64,000 nucleotides of DNA, from assembly GCA_010093605.1 (NCBI GenBank), contig MU004197.1, positions 620,001-684,000 of the forward strand, written 5' to 3'. The translations under genes were made by a program, and so were the position numbers. This stretch comes from Lophium mytilinum (taxonomy: Eukaryota). The notes below the pieces were generated by a model. That model was not told the origin of the DNA, ran no database searches, and saw nothing but the letters and a program-made list of their open reading frames with translations. This document shows, in pieces, positions 1-12,273 of this stretch (within the stretch, counting starts at the first letter, position 1; every line of letters begins with the position of its first letter).

Positions 1-188
1 CCTCCGCTGTTGAATCTGAGATGTGTTTCGACTACCTACATACTGCTGCTCACATGCTCGTGGATCTTTGACATTACAAATATCGTGACATTGATGGCTG
101 ACTCGACTCATTACGACGTCATTGGATATATACTCACAACGTCCGAAGGGTTCTTCAAACGCTTGCCAAACCGATAGACCATCCCACC

Positions 189-1714
189 TCACGCCTTGCC
201 CGTGGCAACACCTTCCATAGCCGGGCTTCCACCAGCAAGTCTGTTCTTGCTAACCACCCTCAGACCACCGATCAACATAGCCGCAGCCAGCGTAGCCAGG
301 ATAACAGCCAGAGTAACAAAAGCGCCAATTACACCACCTACTGCAGCCGAGATGCCTCCGTGGCCACCGCTGCTCTTCGCGGCCGCGCTAGGAGTAGCAC
401 TAGAAGGAGCATAAGCAGCACAAGTCCCCGTAGTGTTACCGCACTTGGTGCACCAATCCTGCGTCGTCGTAACCGCGAATTTGGAGAGCGAGTCCGCAAA
501 GCTGTTCCACGAGATAGCCAGATCCTTGCCGCCAAACAGCGGGTACGCGATTGGCTCGCTGGAATTCGAGGCCGTGCCGTTGTGGAAGGAGAAGCGGACC
601 TGCATGTCGCTGGTTGCCGGGAAGCCCCCCGATGGAACCGTAGCTTCAGTGAAGAGCTCGAAGACCATGGACGACGAGTAGTCGGGCACGCCCATGAAGT
701 CTGGGTTGGCGGCTGGGAGACTGGCGAGGCCGAAGAAGGAGAGGAAGGAGGCGTAGGCGCCGAATTGGATGCCGAGTTTGTTGGACGAAAGGCCGCTGGA
801 GCCCGAGGTGATGGTGCTGTTCATGTATTTGAGGACCTCGCCGGCAAGCTGCATGCCGGTCATGGAGCGCATGTCGTCCGAGGCGTTGTAGGCTAGGCCC
901 CATTCGTGCGCGTCGGCGAGAGTGCGGGTTTGGAGGAGGACATCGGGCGTGAGGGTTGCGTTGGATGGGATGGAGGCGTTGTGGATTTCGGCCACGTTAA
1001 TGAGGTCGTAGACTGGCGATGTTAGCAAGGTTGGCCTCGGCTTCATAGAGAATTGCGAGAGGAAACGGAAATCTAGCTTCTGCAAGACTTACCAATATAA
1101 GCGTTCTTGAATGATACAGTGCTGGCGGCAAATGTAGCATTGACAACAGGGACCAAATCGTCATAGAAGCCTTTGGTGCTGTTCAACAGCTGGGTGTACT
1201 CGCTGCTGGTGAAGTAGTTGTTCGAGCTCAACTTCGCGTTTTCGCACCCTGATGCATCCTGGAGCCAGCCACTGTCCTCACTCCCGGAGCCTTGCGCGAC
1301 TGCGTTGACGGGGATTAACTGATAGCCATTCATTGGGGTCTGGACTTTGCTGCCATTGGACAGCGTTTGCACGCCCACGTCCTCTCCAACCGGAGGATAC
1401 AGCCCCTGGAGGAAGCCCATGGCAGAGTTCTGCAGCACATTGTCGACTGGCGCTGTGACTGAGATCTGGGAGAGCTTGACAACGTCCGAGTTCAACTTGT
1501 AGATCTTCGAGGTCTGGTTGGACAGGAAGCGCGAGCGGTAGTATTGGCCGGAGGTATAGACCTGGTCATAGCCCAGGGAGGTCAGATTCGCGGGCGGGAG
1601 AGACTTTGGCGTACGGTCACCATGACGGTGGAAGATGTAAGCTCCTAGGAGTGTTTCTGCAGCTTCTGCAGAGGATAGAAGCGCGAGCGTGGGGAAGACA
1701 ATGGAGAAATGCAT
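189..1714 (-). CDS. Secreted/membrane-anchored histidine acid phosphatase (branch 2), 2 exons (1714-1093, 1012-189), ~481 aa
   Basis: Signal peptide MHFSIVFPTLALLSSAEA; catalytic RHGDRTP motif; C-terminal TM helix (GGVIGAFVTLAVILATLAAAMLI). Intron GTAAGT...GCTAAC...CAG joins the two ORFs in frame. Confidence 0.9.
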
Positions 1715-2504
1715 GATGGAGCTTCTCAATTGACGTCCAGAAGAGCAATTAGAGCTTCTGATAGAATTGAGGATGGTCTGTGAAGAAAGAACAGAGAGCA
1801 GAAGACTAGAAAAGGCATGCGGTGCGGGGATGGGTGAGGTTTATCTACGTGTGGCCTCGTCCGGTACAGAAAAAGAGCTCGTGTCGAACGAACCATTGGC
1901 CGAAGGTGGGGCACACGAAGGGCTAAGCTGTTAGGGAAACCCTCGCCGGCACTGTTATCTATTCCATGCAACCATGCCGCTTATTGGCTGAGGTGTTGTT
2001 CTAAGCTGCCTGTTAATGCTTAGTGGTCAAGCCTCTTACAAGCTTGCCAAAACAAAGTTACCGCGCCATAGTGTTTGCGAGGGGCGGCTGCGCCCGAGGA
2101 GATGTTTGTCGTTGCAAGCCTTTCCGCCCTACCCGTGCGGCCCGATATTCGGAGCGCAGGGGTGGGACGAACTACTCGATCCACCATCACCATATATCAA
2201 AGAGTGGGAGGAATCCATCGCTTGACGGGAGGGGTGCCAATGGTGACACTGGCAATTGCCCAGGCTAATATCGTTGTACCGAGGTTGATCAATTCAGGCA
2301 GAGTGTAAGATGTAATAGTGTGAGCTTGGTTTGTCTTCAAACAGGCGTGAACAGGATGGATAACAACGACGTCGCTATCGAAAATCGAGCATCATGGTTC
2401 GCGTTGAAGGCTATGAAAAGCGTTCTGCCGGTCAAATATGTACAAGCAGCGCCTTCTGAAGGCTGCTGATGGTATGTATGTACTACCAGATGTGATGTAA
2501 ACGA

Positions 2505-3563
2505 TCAGTCCTGCTCCTGCAAGAATTCGACCACAGCTATATCAAGTCAGCATTCATAGCCCATCTTTGACCATTTGGGGACTGCAGAAGCTTCACGTAC
2601 CTCGTCTGAAAGCCTCCGGATTCTCACTGATGACCCAATGTCCGCAATCCACGTCCACCAGCTCGAATCTCGGGAAGAACCGTCCTATGATAGGCAGTGT
2701 CTCATCACTCACGTAATGACTCTTCGTACCTCTCACAAACAGCGCTGGCTTCGTGAACTGGTGCTTTTCCGGATCCGTGAAAGGGAAATCAGCCATATCA
2801 TCCAGCGAATGACCAAGAATTCGGACTGGTATACGGAATACTAGATGGTCCACAGCAGGATCGGGTGATTTGATGAGGTTGAGTAAGAGGAATTGGCGAA
2901 TGAGGAGGTCCTTCACGTACGCCTCTAAAATCTTGTCCGCCTCTTTTGGCGTCTTTACCTTTGCCTCCTCCACCTTCTGCATTCCCATAACAAACTTAGG
3001 GAAATCGCTCGTGAGTGCCGCATCCACCGGCGCATTGTCCACCGCGATGATATTTGCGCAGCTATCCGGGTTCCTCAGCGCGAGTGTCATGACTGTTTTG
3101 GCGCCCATAGAATGTCCAATTAGCGTCGCGTCTTTCAAGTTGTGCTGTTGCAGAAACCCCTCCGTGTCGTCTGCTAGGGCTGTGTATTTGTGGTTCTTGT
3201 CGTGAGGGCTATCGCCATGATTCCGCAAATCGAGCGCGTAGACAGGTCTGTTGAGATCTCTCGATAGAGCCCTAGCCACCAGACGTCAGCAGGAAGCTCT
3301 ATAGAAGCTTGATAACAGCTCAAGAAGATCTCAACGTACTTGCTCATGCTCCGATTGTTCTTCTTGCTCCCGAATAATCCATGCAGAAACACGATAGGTG
3401 CCCCGGTGGCTTTCCCGCCATTCTCGTGATAGTCGAACGCGAGGTCGAGGGCGCGTAGGGAGGCGGAAGTCTCGAACCCTCTCGAGATCTGAGGGTGTAT
3501 GCTTATCCGATTAAAATGTTTAGGGTGGAGGAGCGGCGGTATACGCCGTGGGAGCGCGTTCAT
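2505..3563 (-). CDS. Mitochondrial alpha/beta hydrolase (ABHD11/YbfF-like esterase), 3 exons (3563-3340, 3271-2601, 2536-2505), ~308 aa
   Basis: HGLFGS oxyanion motif, DLRNHGDS, nucleophile elbow GHSMG, catalytic GHWV; Arg-rich presequence; spliced length divisible by 3. Confidence 0.9.
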
Positions 3564-4267
3564 GGTGTTGTGGATTGTGGGTTGCGGAGAGTCTCGGAGG
3601 TGAGAGCTCGGGCGAAATTAAAGTATGCTCATGTCGTTGGTGGAGAATTCGGTGCTACAGCTTCCTTGTAATTATGTGTTAATTGGAAGGGCATACAAGT
3701 CTGCGTGCAATCTAATGGCTTGCCATGGACTCATCCTTAGAGTTGATGCCCATAAAAATCCATTTTTGTTCATGTGAAGATTCCCTTTTGTACGCAAGTT
3801 TCTTGGTCTCGCTCGCCGACCCCCCTCTAAGTCAACGATTCGTACGAAATAAATTCCCAAATTCTCACATACTATGCGCTTTGATATGAAGAATGCAGTA
3901 GTGCTGTCAAATATATTCTAGGACCTGTCGTTGTGGGTTTATAGGTGGAAACGTGGTCGAAGTGTCGCAAGTCGTCAAATCGACCTCTCTCGCACTTCAA
4001 CACTTTTGAGCTCAACTTTCTGCCAAGACTTGCCAAATGCGGCCTTGGAAGTTCCCAAGTTTCACCGATGGGAAGATGCAAGACGAAGCCATATTACAGC
4101 CATTCTGAGCATCATGTAGCTATATTACTATATTTCAAGAGAATCCACCTGGGTAGAATAGCTAAGCTCCGACCATCCCACCGACCTCGGCATGCCATGA
4201 CACGACCTTTAATCCTCACCACCCCACCTCCCCATAACCCTCCTCTACCATCCTCGCAGGCCGAGAG

Positions 4268-5522
4268 ATGCAAAACATGCTCTCCCGCCTCTCACCCACC
4301 CGCCTTCTCCGCCAATTGACCCCCCTCAAACCCTCCACAATGTCCCACCTCACGCGCAATCCCCCCTTCCCCCGCCACGCCTCCACCCTCCCCCACGCCC
4401 TCCGCGACGAAATGACCTCCCGCCGCCTGCCCCTCATATACGACTTCCTTACCACCGACTCCGACCACAAGCTCCGCCGCTCCCTCCAGTCCTTCGCCGC
4501 CTACGATGCCTCCTCCATCCCCGCCCAAGACCAGTTCAATGGCTCCGTCTACGCGAAAGCCCTCACGCCGAACTTAGACGCTGCGCACCACCTCGTGTAC
4601 TTCAACCCCGCGATCCCGGCAGACGAGTTGCTGGCAGACGGAACGGACCCGCTGCAGTCGCCTGGCGAGCCCTTTGTGCGGCGGATGTGGGCGGGGGGCA
4701 GTTTGCGGTTCCGGCCGGGGGGAAAGGCGGTGCTGGATGGGCGGCGGTGGGTGTGTCACGAGTTTGTGCGGGACGTGCAGGTGAAGGGACGGGAGGGGAC
4801 TGAGAAGGTGTTTGTAGGGATTGAGCGGCGGATGGCGAGTCTAGAGGAGCTGGGGGTGGAGCAGCAGGTAGAGATAGACGAGGATGTGGTGAGGGCGAAG
4901 CTGTGGCATGCGAGCGAGGAGGAGTTTGGGGCGGCGAGTGTGATTGAGCGGCGGAATATTGTGTTTATGAGGGAGAGGACGGGGGAGGAGTTGATGGTGT
5001 TGAAGGAGGCGGTTGGGAAGCCGGGGAAGATGCTGTTGCGTAAGCTCTCACTGCTCTTACGTTCTCAAGGAATTTGTGTTCTACGGCCCTTTGAAACTGA
5101 TATTCTGTCTAGCCCAGCATAAACCTGATTGCGAGCACGTCCTGACACCGACCCCTTCCCTCCTCTTCCGTTTCAGCGCCCTGACCTTCAATGCGCACGC
5201 CATCCATTTGGATCCCTCTTACTGCCGGGACATAGAAGGCCACCGCAACCTTCTAGTGCATGGACCCCTAACCCTCACTTTACTCATGGATTTGCTAGGG
5301 AACCATCTAAGGGTTGACCCCTTCCAAGTGCATCCATCCATTGACTCCTTTGAATACCGGAATCTTGCTCCTTTATATGCGAACGAACCGCTGAGGTTAT
5401 GTGGTCGATCGATCGACCACAATAAGTATGAGCTCTGGGCTGAGACGCCCGAGGGCGGTATTGCATGTAAAGGGGTTGCGAGGACGACGGTGGATAAAGA
5501 GGATGCGAGGGCGAAGCTGTAG
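4268..5522 (+). CDS. Double hot-dog fold dehydratase (HTD2 / mesaconyl-CoA hydratase-like), exons 4268-5039 and 5113-5522, ~393 aa
   Basis: RRMWAGG motif, LFRFSALTFNAHAIHLD and LVHGPL MaoC-type motifs; N-terminal mitochondrial-type presequence; C-terminal AKL. Confidence 0.85.
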
Positions 5523-5648
5523 GTCTAAAATAAATATAGAATTCTAAATCAGATTCAAAACCAAATACTTTTGAGATCATGCTATCCAGCCCAATGCCAG
5601 CCCCCTATCCCAAAGATCATCCCAGATCCCTCGAAATCAACGACCACC

Positions 5649-6910
5649 TCACCTCTTCAACTTATTCTCCCAACTCCCCAACCACCTCCACCCCTTCGCA
5701 GCCTTCCCCAGCTCCTCCAGCGCCTGATTAACCACCCCCTTTCCCCCTTCCTCCCTCCTCCCCTCGATCTCCACAAAAAAGATGTAATTCCACGCCACAA
5801 TCCCACTCGGCCGCGCATTAATACTCGTCAAATTCAACCCAAACCGCTTAAAAACCTCCAACGCCTTCGCCAACGCCCCCGGATCCTCATGATCCACCGT
5901 AAACCCCACCAGCGTCTTCCACTTCGGGTGGGTGGCCTCCTGCGCACCACCTGCCTCTCCAGATGGGTGGGTGAGTAGGTCGCCCCCCGCTCTCCGCAGC
6001 ACAAAAAACCTCGTCTCATTATCCTCCGCGTCCTGAATCCCCCTCGCCAAAAACCCCAACCCATGCATCCCCGCCGCGATCTCCGACGACACAGCCGCCG
6101 ACTCCCCCGACCCATCCGCCTTCGCAATCTCCGCCGCTCTTGACGTCGACGACACATCGATCCGCTCCACCCCCTTCAGATACGTGGCTAAGAACGCATT
6201 GCACTGGCCCCACGCCTGCGGATGCGAGTACAGCTTCTTCACGCGGCTGAGATCGGCGAGCGGCGTCGCGCGGGGACGCGAAGGGTGCGGCGCCGAGCGG
6301 GTTGGGGTTGCGGTGCCGTCGTCGTGCGTGGTGATTTGGGGACCCGCCCACCCAGGAGGCAGGTGGCCGACGAGGCAGTGGCGCACGGGGACGTAGATTT
6401 CGCCGCAGACGAGGATGTCCGGGTGCTGGGCGCGCAGGTCGGCGAAGAGGTCGAGGGTGGAGACGACGGAGCCGTTGGTGGAGTTCTCGAAGGGGACGAC
6501 GCCGTGGGTGGTGGTGGCGGATTGTACGGCGGTGAAGACGTCGGCGATGGTGGGTTGGGGGTGCAGGTGGGAGGCGGGGAGGGTGGGGAAGGTGGTTAGG
6601 GTGGCCTGGGGGAGGTTAGTGTGGAGGTGGGGAGGGAGGAGGAGAGATGGGAGAGTGAGGATGGGGGTGGTAGATGATATATGGATGGAAATGACCGTTG
6701 ATTGATATAGACGATGATTTTTGAAAGAAATGAGAGGCGAGAAATGACGAAATTTTGCGGGGATTAATGCATGAGAACGCGGGTCTTAGGGAGGAATTGA
6801 GACAGAAGTGAGAATATTCGAGTAGATTGACTAAAAGCGTGCTCTCGTACCTGATGCGTATATGAAGCTTTTGGGCCTAAGAAAGCCACGGTCTCGGGTT
6901 CGTCTGCCAT
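5649..6910 (-). CDS. PHA2: Prephenate dehydratase, exons 6910-6851 and 6605-5649, ~338 aa
   Basis: N-terminal VAFLGPKASYTHQ, VVPFENSTNG, SHPQAWGQC, NETRFF, and ACT domain (PGALAKAL...NLTSINARPS...YIFFVE). Confidence 0.93.
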
Positions 6911-7532
6911 CTTGTTCGTTCGCACAACGTTGCTTGTCAATGGAGTGGAGGAAGTCAGATGAAGATGTTAGGTTCAGAGGATGTCAGATTGTGTAACCAA
7001 GGAGCTGAGTTTAGATTGATTGCCATTGCTGAGGTTGGACGAAATTTGGTACAGAAGTGATGTATTCTAGCGCTGATTAGCGAGATCGTCCGAGGTCACC
7101 ACGGGAGGCCGCAGGAGACGCTTGTCAATTTCGGCCACATCATAGTTAATTCTTTATTATGAAAACTCGGGATATTGAGGGCTGCCTATGTCTGACGAGT
7201 TTCACAACGAGCTGGATCGCTCTAAATGTAAGTTCTAGCTAGAATGGCCTTTATACATCTCACGCAGCAATCAACAATTCACGTTTATACGGTTGATAGG
7301 TGGTTAGAAAGCAAGTATTGGACAAACTAATAACAATCTGATTGCAGCCCGAAACGACTGTAATCGGTCGAAAATTCACCATCAGTGAACTGACTAAACA
7401 GAGCATTCAGATACTGAGACGTCCACCCCCCTAAGTCTCTTGTCGAGCGACTTCAACAGGCTCGAAACCATTGCCTCTCCACTGTAGCGAGAGTGGAGTG
7501 TTGTGCGAATGCGACTGAGACAATCCATCGTT

Positions 7533-7584
7533 CTAGATACCGCATGAGAAGGGTTCTTCCGAGTGAATTGTAGGTAGTACTCAC
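7533..7584 (-). other. Putative intron in the eRF1 3'UTR
   Basis: Perfect GTGAGT donor at 7584; candidate CTCAT branch and CTAG acceptor at 7533 (52 nt, a typical intron size here). The acceptor choice is uncertain. Confidence 0.55.
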
Positions 7585-7772
7585 GGCATATCATCTTCGA
7601 CCGCGACTCGACTTCCCCTTTACAACCTGGAGAGGCGGAGGGAAGAGCACGATTGGCCTTCTTCCCCGGACCTGGGTGCGTCCTGCGGACGCCGGGAGCG
7701 AGGGGCCGTATCAGTGCTCGAAGCGGGGAGCTCTGGGCGTTCGGCCTCGCTCTTTGCGAGGGTGCTCCACCG

Positions 7773-9404
7773 TCAATCATCGTAGAATTCATCTTCGTCA
7801 TCGTAATCAGCGAGCTGCTCGAAGTTGAGCTTGTAGCGGAGGATAGCTCCAATGCCACCAAAGCCTGAGATTGTGTCAGTTGAGTTCGAGATCGGTCTCT
7901 GAAGGGAAGACATACCCTTAACGAACTGATTGCCCTCAGAGGAGCGATCAGAGACAAACTCCAGCGTGGCACCAAAGTCCTGGTATTTTTCTGCCAGCCA
8001 TTCCAAGAACGGCATCTGTTCCGCGACTTCCATCTCTTGGCCGGTCTCCTTATCCATGAACAAAGTTCGGTCAGACTCCTGGAACTTGTTGGTGTGGAGG
8101 ATGACGTCGCTTCCTTCTGATGACTTCAAGGTCCAGCGAGTAATCTCGAGGTTCTCAAAGACGATCAACGTTTCGGCGGCACCAGCTTCAAGCGCCTTCA
8201 AGGTATCGTCTACACCGTAGCAAACCTTGCCAGAGTCTTGGGAAATCTCATCGAAGTACTTGTTGATAAGCTGGAAAAATTAGCGACTGGCACGAGTTGA
8301 AGAACGCGGAAATAGTACCTTCTTCTCTTGAATGAACTTGACGTTGCTCAACGTTTCAGATGACAGCTCGATGGCTTGGTTGAAGCCGTTCTCACCACCG
8401 TACGAAACGTCGACGACCTTGATGACTTTGCTTTGGAGACGCCCGTCAAACATGTCGGACTGGTTTAGATCATTCTTGAAATCGGCGGAACCAGCAAGAA
8501 TCAACCCAGCTACGTTGACCTTGTCGTTGGTAATGAAGTTCTGCACCGCAAGTTCGGAGACTTTACGGACATAGTTGTGACGCTTCTCCTCGCGGAGACG
8601 GGCGAAACGCAGCGCAGACTGCCCACCACGACCGTGCTTCTTAGGGAGATCGACGGAGAACCTGAATAGTCAGTCAGCATGCCGACTTCGAAACCTGTAT
8701 CTAACTCTAGTCCCGCTTACTTGTGCACAACATCCCGAGTATTTCCCGAAAGTGTTCCGAACAGCGCTCCGTTTCCATCCATGATGATGAAGCCAAACTT
8801 CTGGTCCGACTCGAGCAGTTCGCTCAGAGCCTCGGTATGGAACTTGTTGTCGCAGAGGTACAGGGAGGTGTTGATTGGCTTGAAAGGCTCGAAATCGATG
8901 TTGATCTTTCGTTCCTTGCCCTCGCTTGTAATGATTTCACCACAGTACACGACCAGGCCATTCGGAGGGACCTTAGAGTAGAGCTTCAAGCGCTGCTGCG
9001 TCGAGGTGATAGCCGAGAGCACGGACAGCCGATTGACACGGGACTTGATGTTGGAGGCGGTGCCCTAGAGTCTGTGAGCTACGTTGCAGCCTAGGTATGT
9101 ATGAGTCGGAGACGTACGAATTCTTCAGCCAACATCTTCGCCGCGCGAGAGACCTGGTCCTTCGGCGCTGAGAGTTGTTAGCAAGGCTGATTTGTTTCGA
9201 GAATTTCTTTTGCCGGGCTTACGGATGATGAGCGAAATCATGCTGGTGCCATTGCCACGGGCGGCTTCAAGGCGCTTTATGAGCTGTGTCCAGTGTTAGT
9301 CCTGTTTACAAAAGTTCCAAAGCATATCTGCCAGAAATATGTACCTTCTTGACCTTCCAGATCTCAATGTTCTTCTCGGCGTCATTGGCCTGGGGAGCAC
9401 TCAT
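7773..9404 (-). CDS. SUP45: Eukaryotic release factor 1, 7 exons (9404-9345, 9283-9223, 9167-9118, 9064-8721, 8661-8319, 8270-7916, 7864-7773), 434 aa
   Basis: [15 protein letters not shown] and GRGGQS motifs; all six introns are canonical GT-AG and keep the frame. Confidence 0.98.
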
Positions 9405-10122
9405 GTTGGCGGCGGGTAAAGAGTATGCGGGCTAGTTGCGGTGGGGGTTTGCGGTCTGGGAAATTTCTTTCGAAGCGACTCGTGCAGTGCCGCAACAAAG
9501 GATGTGAAGGCCGACCTTCGCGGCTTCGAGGACGTAGAGGGCCGCTGCAAAATGTCGGAGCGAAAAAAGCGGTGTTGGTGTAGGAGAAAGGATGCGCCCT
9601 CAGCTGGAGATTTAGGGCTCGGGCTGTGTGTGAGGTGGGACGGACTGACAGGGCGCTTGGCATTGTTCGTCACCGCGCCCGCTATCGCTTAGAGGCGGCG
9701 GGACTGAGTTTTAGGGCTTGCGGCCTCGTTTTGCTGCAAAATCCCAAGTCTTCCCCGGAGCTGCGTCCATGTGGTGCGAGCGCGAGAGGCGGGGGTGAAT
9801 GCCATATGGGCCCACCCCGTGATCCATCCTCTCTGTCCCCTAGCTTCCTATCTTGCGCCTGACTAGATAGACCCTCATTCCTTCCAGGTACAGCTTCACA
9901 ATGAAACGCCTTTAAATCTCTGCAATTCTCGCTGCTCCCCTGCTTCCCGATGTCAATCCGGACGCCATCGTGATAGCTCCCGCCATTGTCGCCGCCAATC
10001 TAGAGCCCGCTCACGCTACTCCACTTTTCTAGCAGTTTCATTTCCTACATTTTCTGTCATTCCCTCCTGCTTGAGGCTCCCAGCTTTTCACTCCTTCCCC
10101 AACAAGTCGTGGGACCTAGAAA

Positions 10123-12273
10123 ATGGACATAAAGGGCAAGCGGCCCTCGAATTGGGACGAGTATGAGCATGGGCATCGGGGGTCGGCCGAGTCTTTGGGT
10201 AGCCGGGTGCAATTTGGAGGACTCGAGAGGCATCAGAGTGGCGAGAGTAATACCTCGACAGCGCATTCAAGGTCTCCAGCTCACAGTATTAGCCAAGCGG
10301 AGCTCAGACGACGTCGGTAAGCTCTTTGTGGATGCGATATCGCCATATCGAGACCAGCAAGAACAACACGCGAGCACATCAGACCATGCTAACACTATTC
10401 AATTACAGGTCGTCGATGACTCTGCGAGTTCAGGCCCTCGCGGATGCTGGCGGAGTGAACAGCATCAACAACTTCGCGCGATCATGGCAGCGAGCCGCCG
10501 GCTTTTTCGAGATCACGCCAGCCAGACCCTCTTTCCGCGTCGAGTCGGACGATGACGAACACGGTTCCTTTCCTTCCCAAGGTCTTCCCCCACCTTCCGA
10601 ACAGCGATCTTCCTTACGAGCAGCTCTCGAGCAGGACGGCCGGCGAGCATCCGAGAATGTGTTTGACGAAGAGGTTGGACCTTCGGAAGACACTCCCCTA
10701 CTGCCTGATCCCGCGGAGGAGCGCATACATGAGAGGAGATCCGTCAGAGATGATAGCATCTTCAGCATTGAGCCTTCCCTGGCGTCGCCATTCGGGGGCA
10801 GTTATGGCACGTCCTATGGCAGTCTCACAGCACGTGTGAACGAGCCTTCAATGCGCCACGCTGGTAGGCTGTTTAGGGAACAGCAATTGAAGGGCGTTTC
10901 CGAGCCGGATAAAGAGCGGGAACCGTTGATCGTAAAGCAGATTGAAGAGGATGGGCACATCATCCACGTCGTGGTCGGCCAGTCCACTCTGCCTCAGACA
11001 GTCTTCAATTCTGTGAACGTATTGATTGGCGTGGGCCTTCTAAGCCTGCCACTGGCAATGAAGTACTCGGGCTGGGTCATTGGCACCATTTTCTTCCTAT
11101 ACTCAGCTGTAGTCACATCATATACTGCCAAGCTACTCGCCAAATGCCTCGATGTAGACAGCTCTCTCATCACATTTGCAGACCTTGCTTTTGTCTCCTT
11201 TGGCCAAAAGGCTAGAGTTGCTACGAGTATTCTGTTCACAGTCGAGCTGCTAGCCGCCTGCGTCGCCCTTGTGGTTCTCTTTGCTGATAGCTTGGACGAC
11301 CTGATACCTGGCTGGGGACTCATCTTCTGGAAGATCATGTGCGGAATAATCCTAGTCCCCTTGGGTTTTCTCCCTCTCCGACTCCTCAGCTTCACCAGCG
11401 TGATTGGCATAATGAGCTGCCTAGGAAGTAAGTCAACACCCTGTCGTCTACCTCGCCAATCACACCTGCATCCCCTCTAACCCAATCACAGTCGTCCTCG
11501 CCGTATGGGTCGACGGAGCCATTAAACCGCACCAGCCTGGCTCCCTCCGCGAACCCGCAACCCAATACCTCTTCCCCAAGAACTGGCTCACCGTGCCGCT
11601 CAGCATCGGCCTCCTCATGTCGCCCTGGGGCGGCCACAGCGTCTTCCCCAACATCTACCGCGACATGCGCCACCCCTACAAGTACCGCAAGGCCGTCAAC
11701 ATCACCTACGTCTTCACCTACCTCCTCGACCTCGGCATGGCCTCCGTCGGCATCCTCATGTTCGGCGACACTGTTCGCGACGAAATCACCTCCAACATCT
11801 TCCTCACCAAGGGCTACCCCCCGGCTCTTTCTGTCTTCATCGCTATCTGCATCGCCATCATTCCACTGACCAAAGTCCCGCTGAACGCGAGGCCGATCAT
11901 CAGCACCCTCGAGATCCTCTGCGGTCTCGATAGCCGTGCCGTCGGGCATAGCAGCCCGATGCTCGGCATGTCTGGCATGAGTCGCGGCTTCTTCAAGTTC
12001 TTCCTGCGCATTGCGGTTACGGTTGTGTTCGTGTTCATCGCGATCGTATTCCCATCGTTCGATAGAATTATGACGCTGCTGGGGAGTGTGGCGGGGTTTA
12101 CGATTTGCATTATCCTGCCGCTGGCGTTTCATTTGAAGCTGTTTGGGAAAGAGTTGGGGGCTAAGGAGAAGTTGTTGAATTGGGTATTGATCGTTGTCAG
12201 TTCGGTGATGGCCGTGGTGAGTACGGTGTTTGCGTGTCTTCCGAGTGAGATACTCGGGGCTGGAAGAGGGTAG
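10123..12273 (+). CDS. AVT1: Vacuolar amino acid transporter (AVT1-like, Aa_trans family), exons 10123-10316, 10409-11427, 11492-12273, ~664 aa
   Basis: GQSTLPQTVFNSVNVLIGVGLLSLP and GGHSVFPNIYRDMRHP motifs; ~11 TM helices after a long hydrophilic N-terminus. Confidence 0.88.

Noticed and set aside
6606..6850. Long PHA2 intron (245 nt) as a snoRNA host
   Set aside because: No C/D boxes or convincing H/ACA hairpins; mostly pyrimidine-rich low complexity.
11392..12132. 246-aa antisense ORF over AVT1 (and similar shadow ORFs elsewhere)
   Set aside because: Mirror frame produced by the C-ending codon bias of the real gene.
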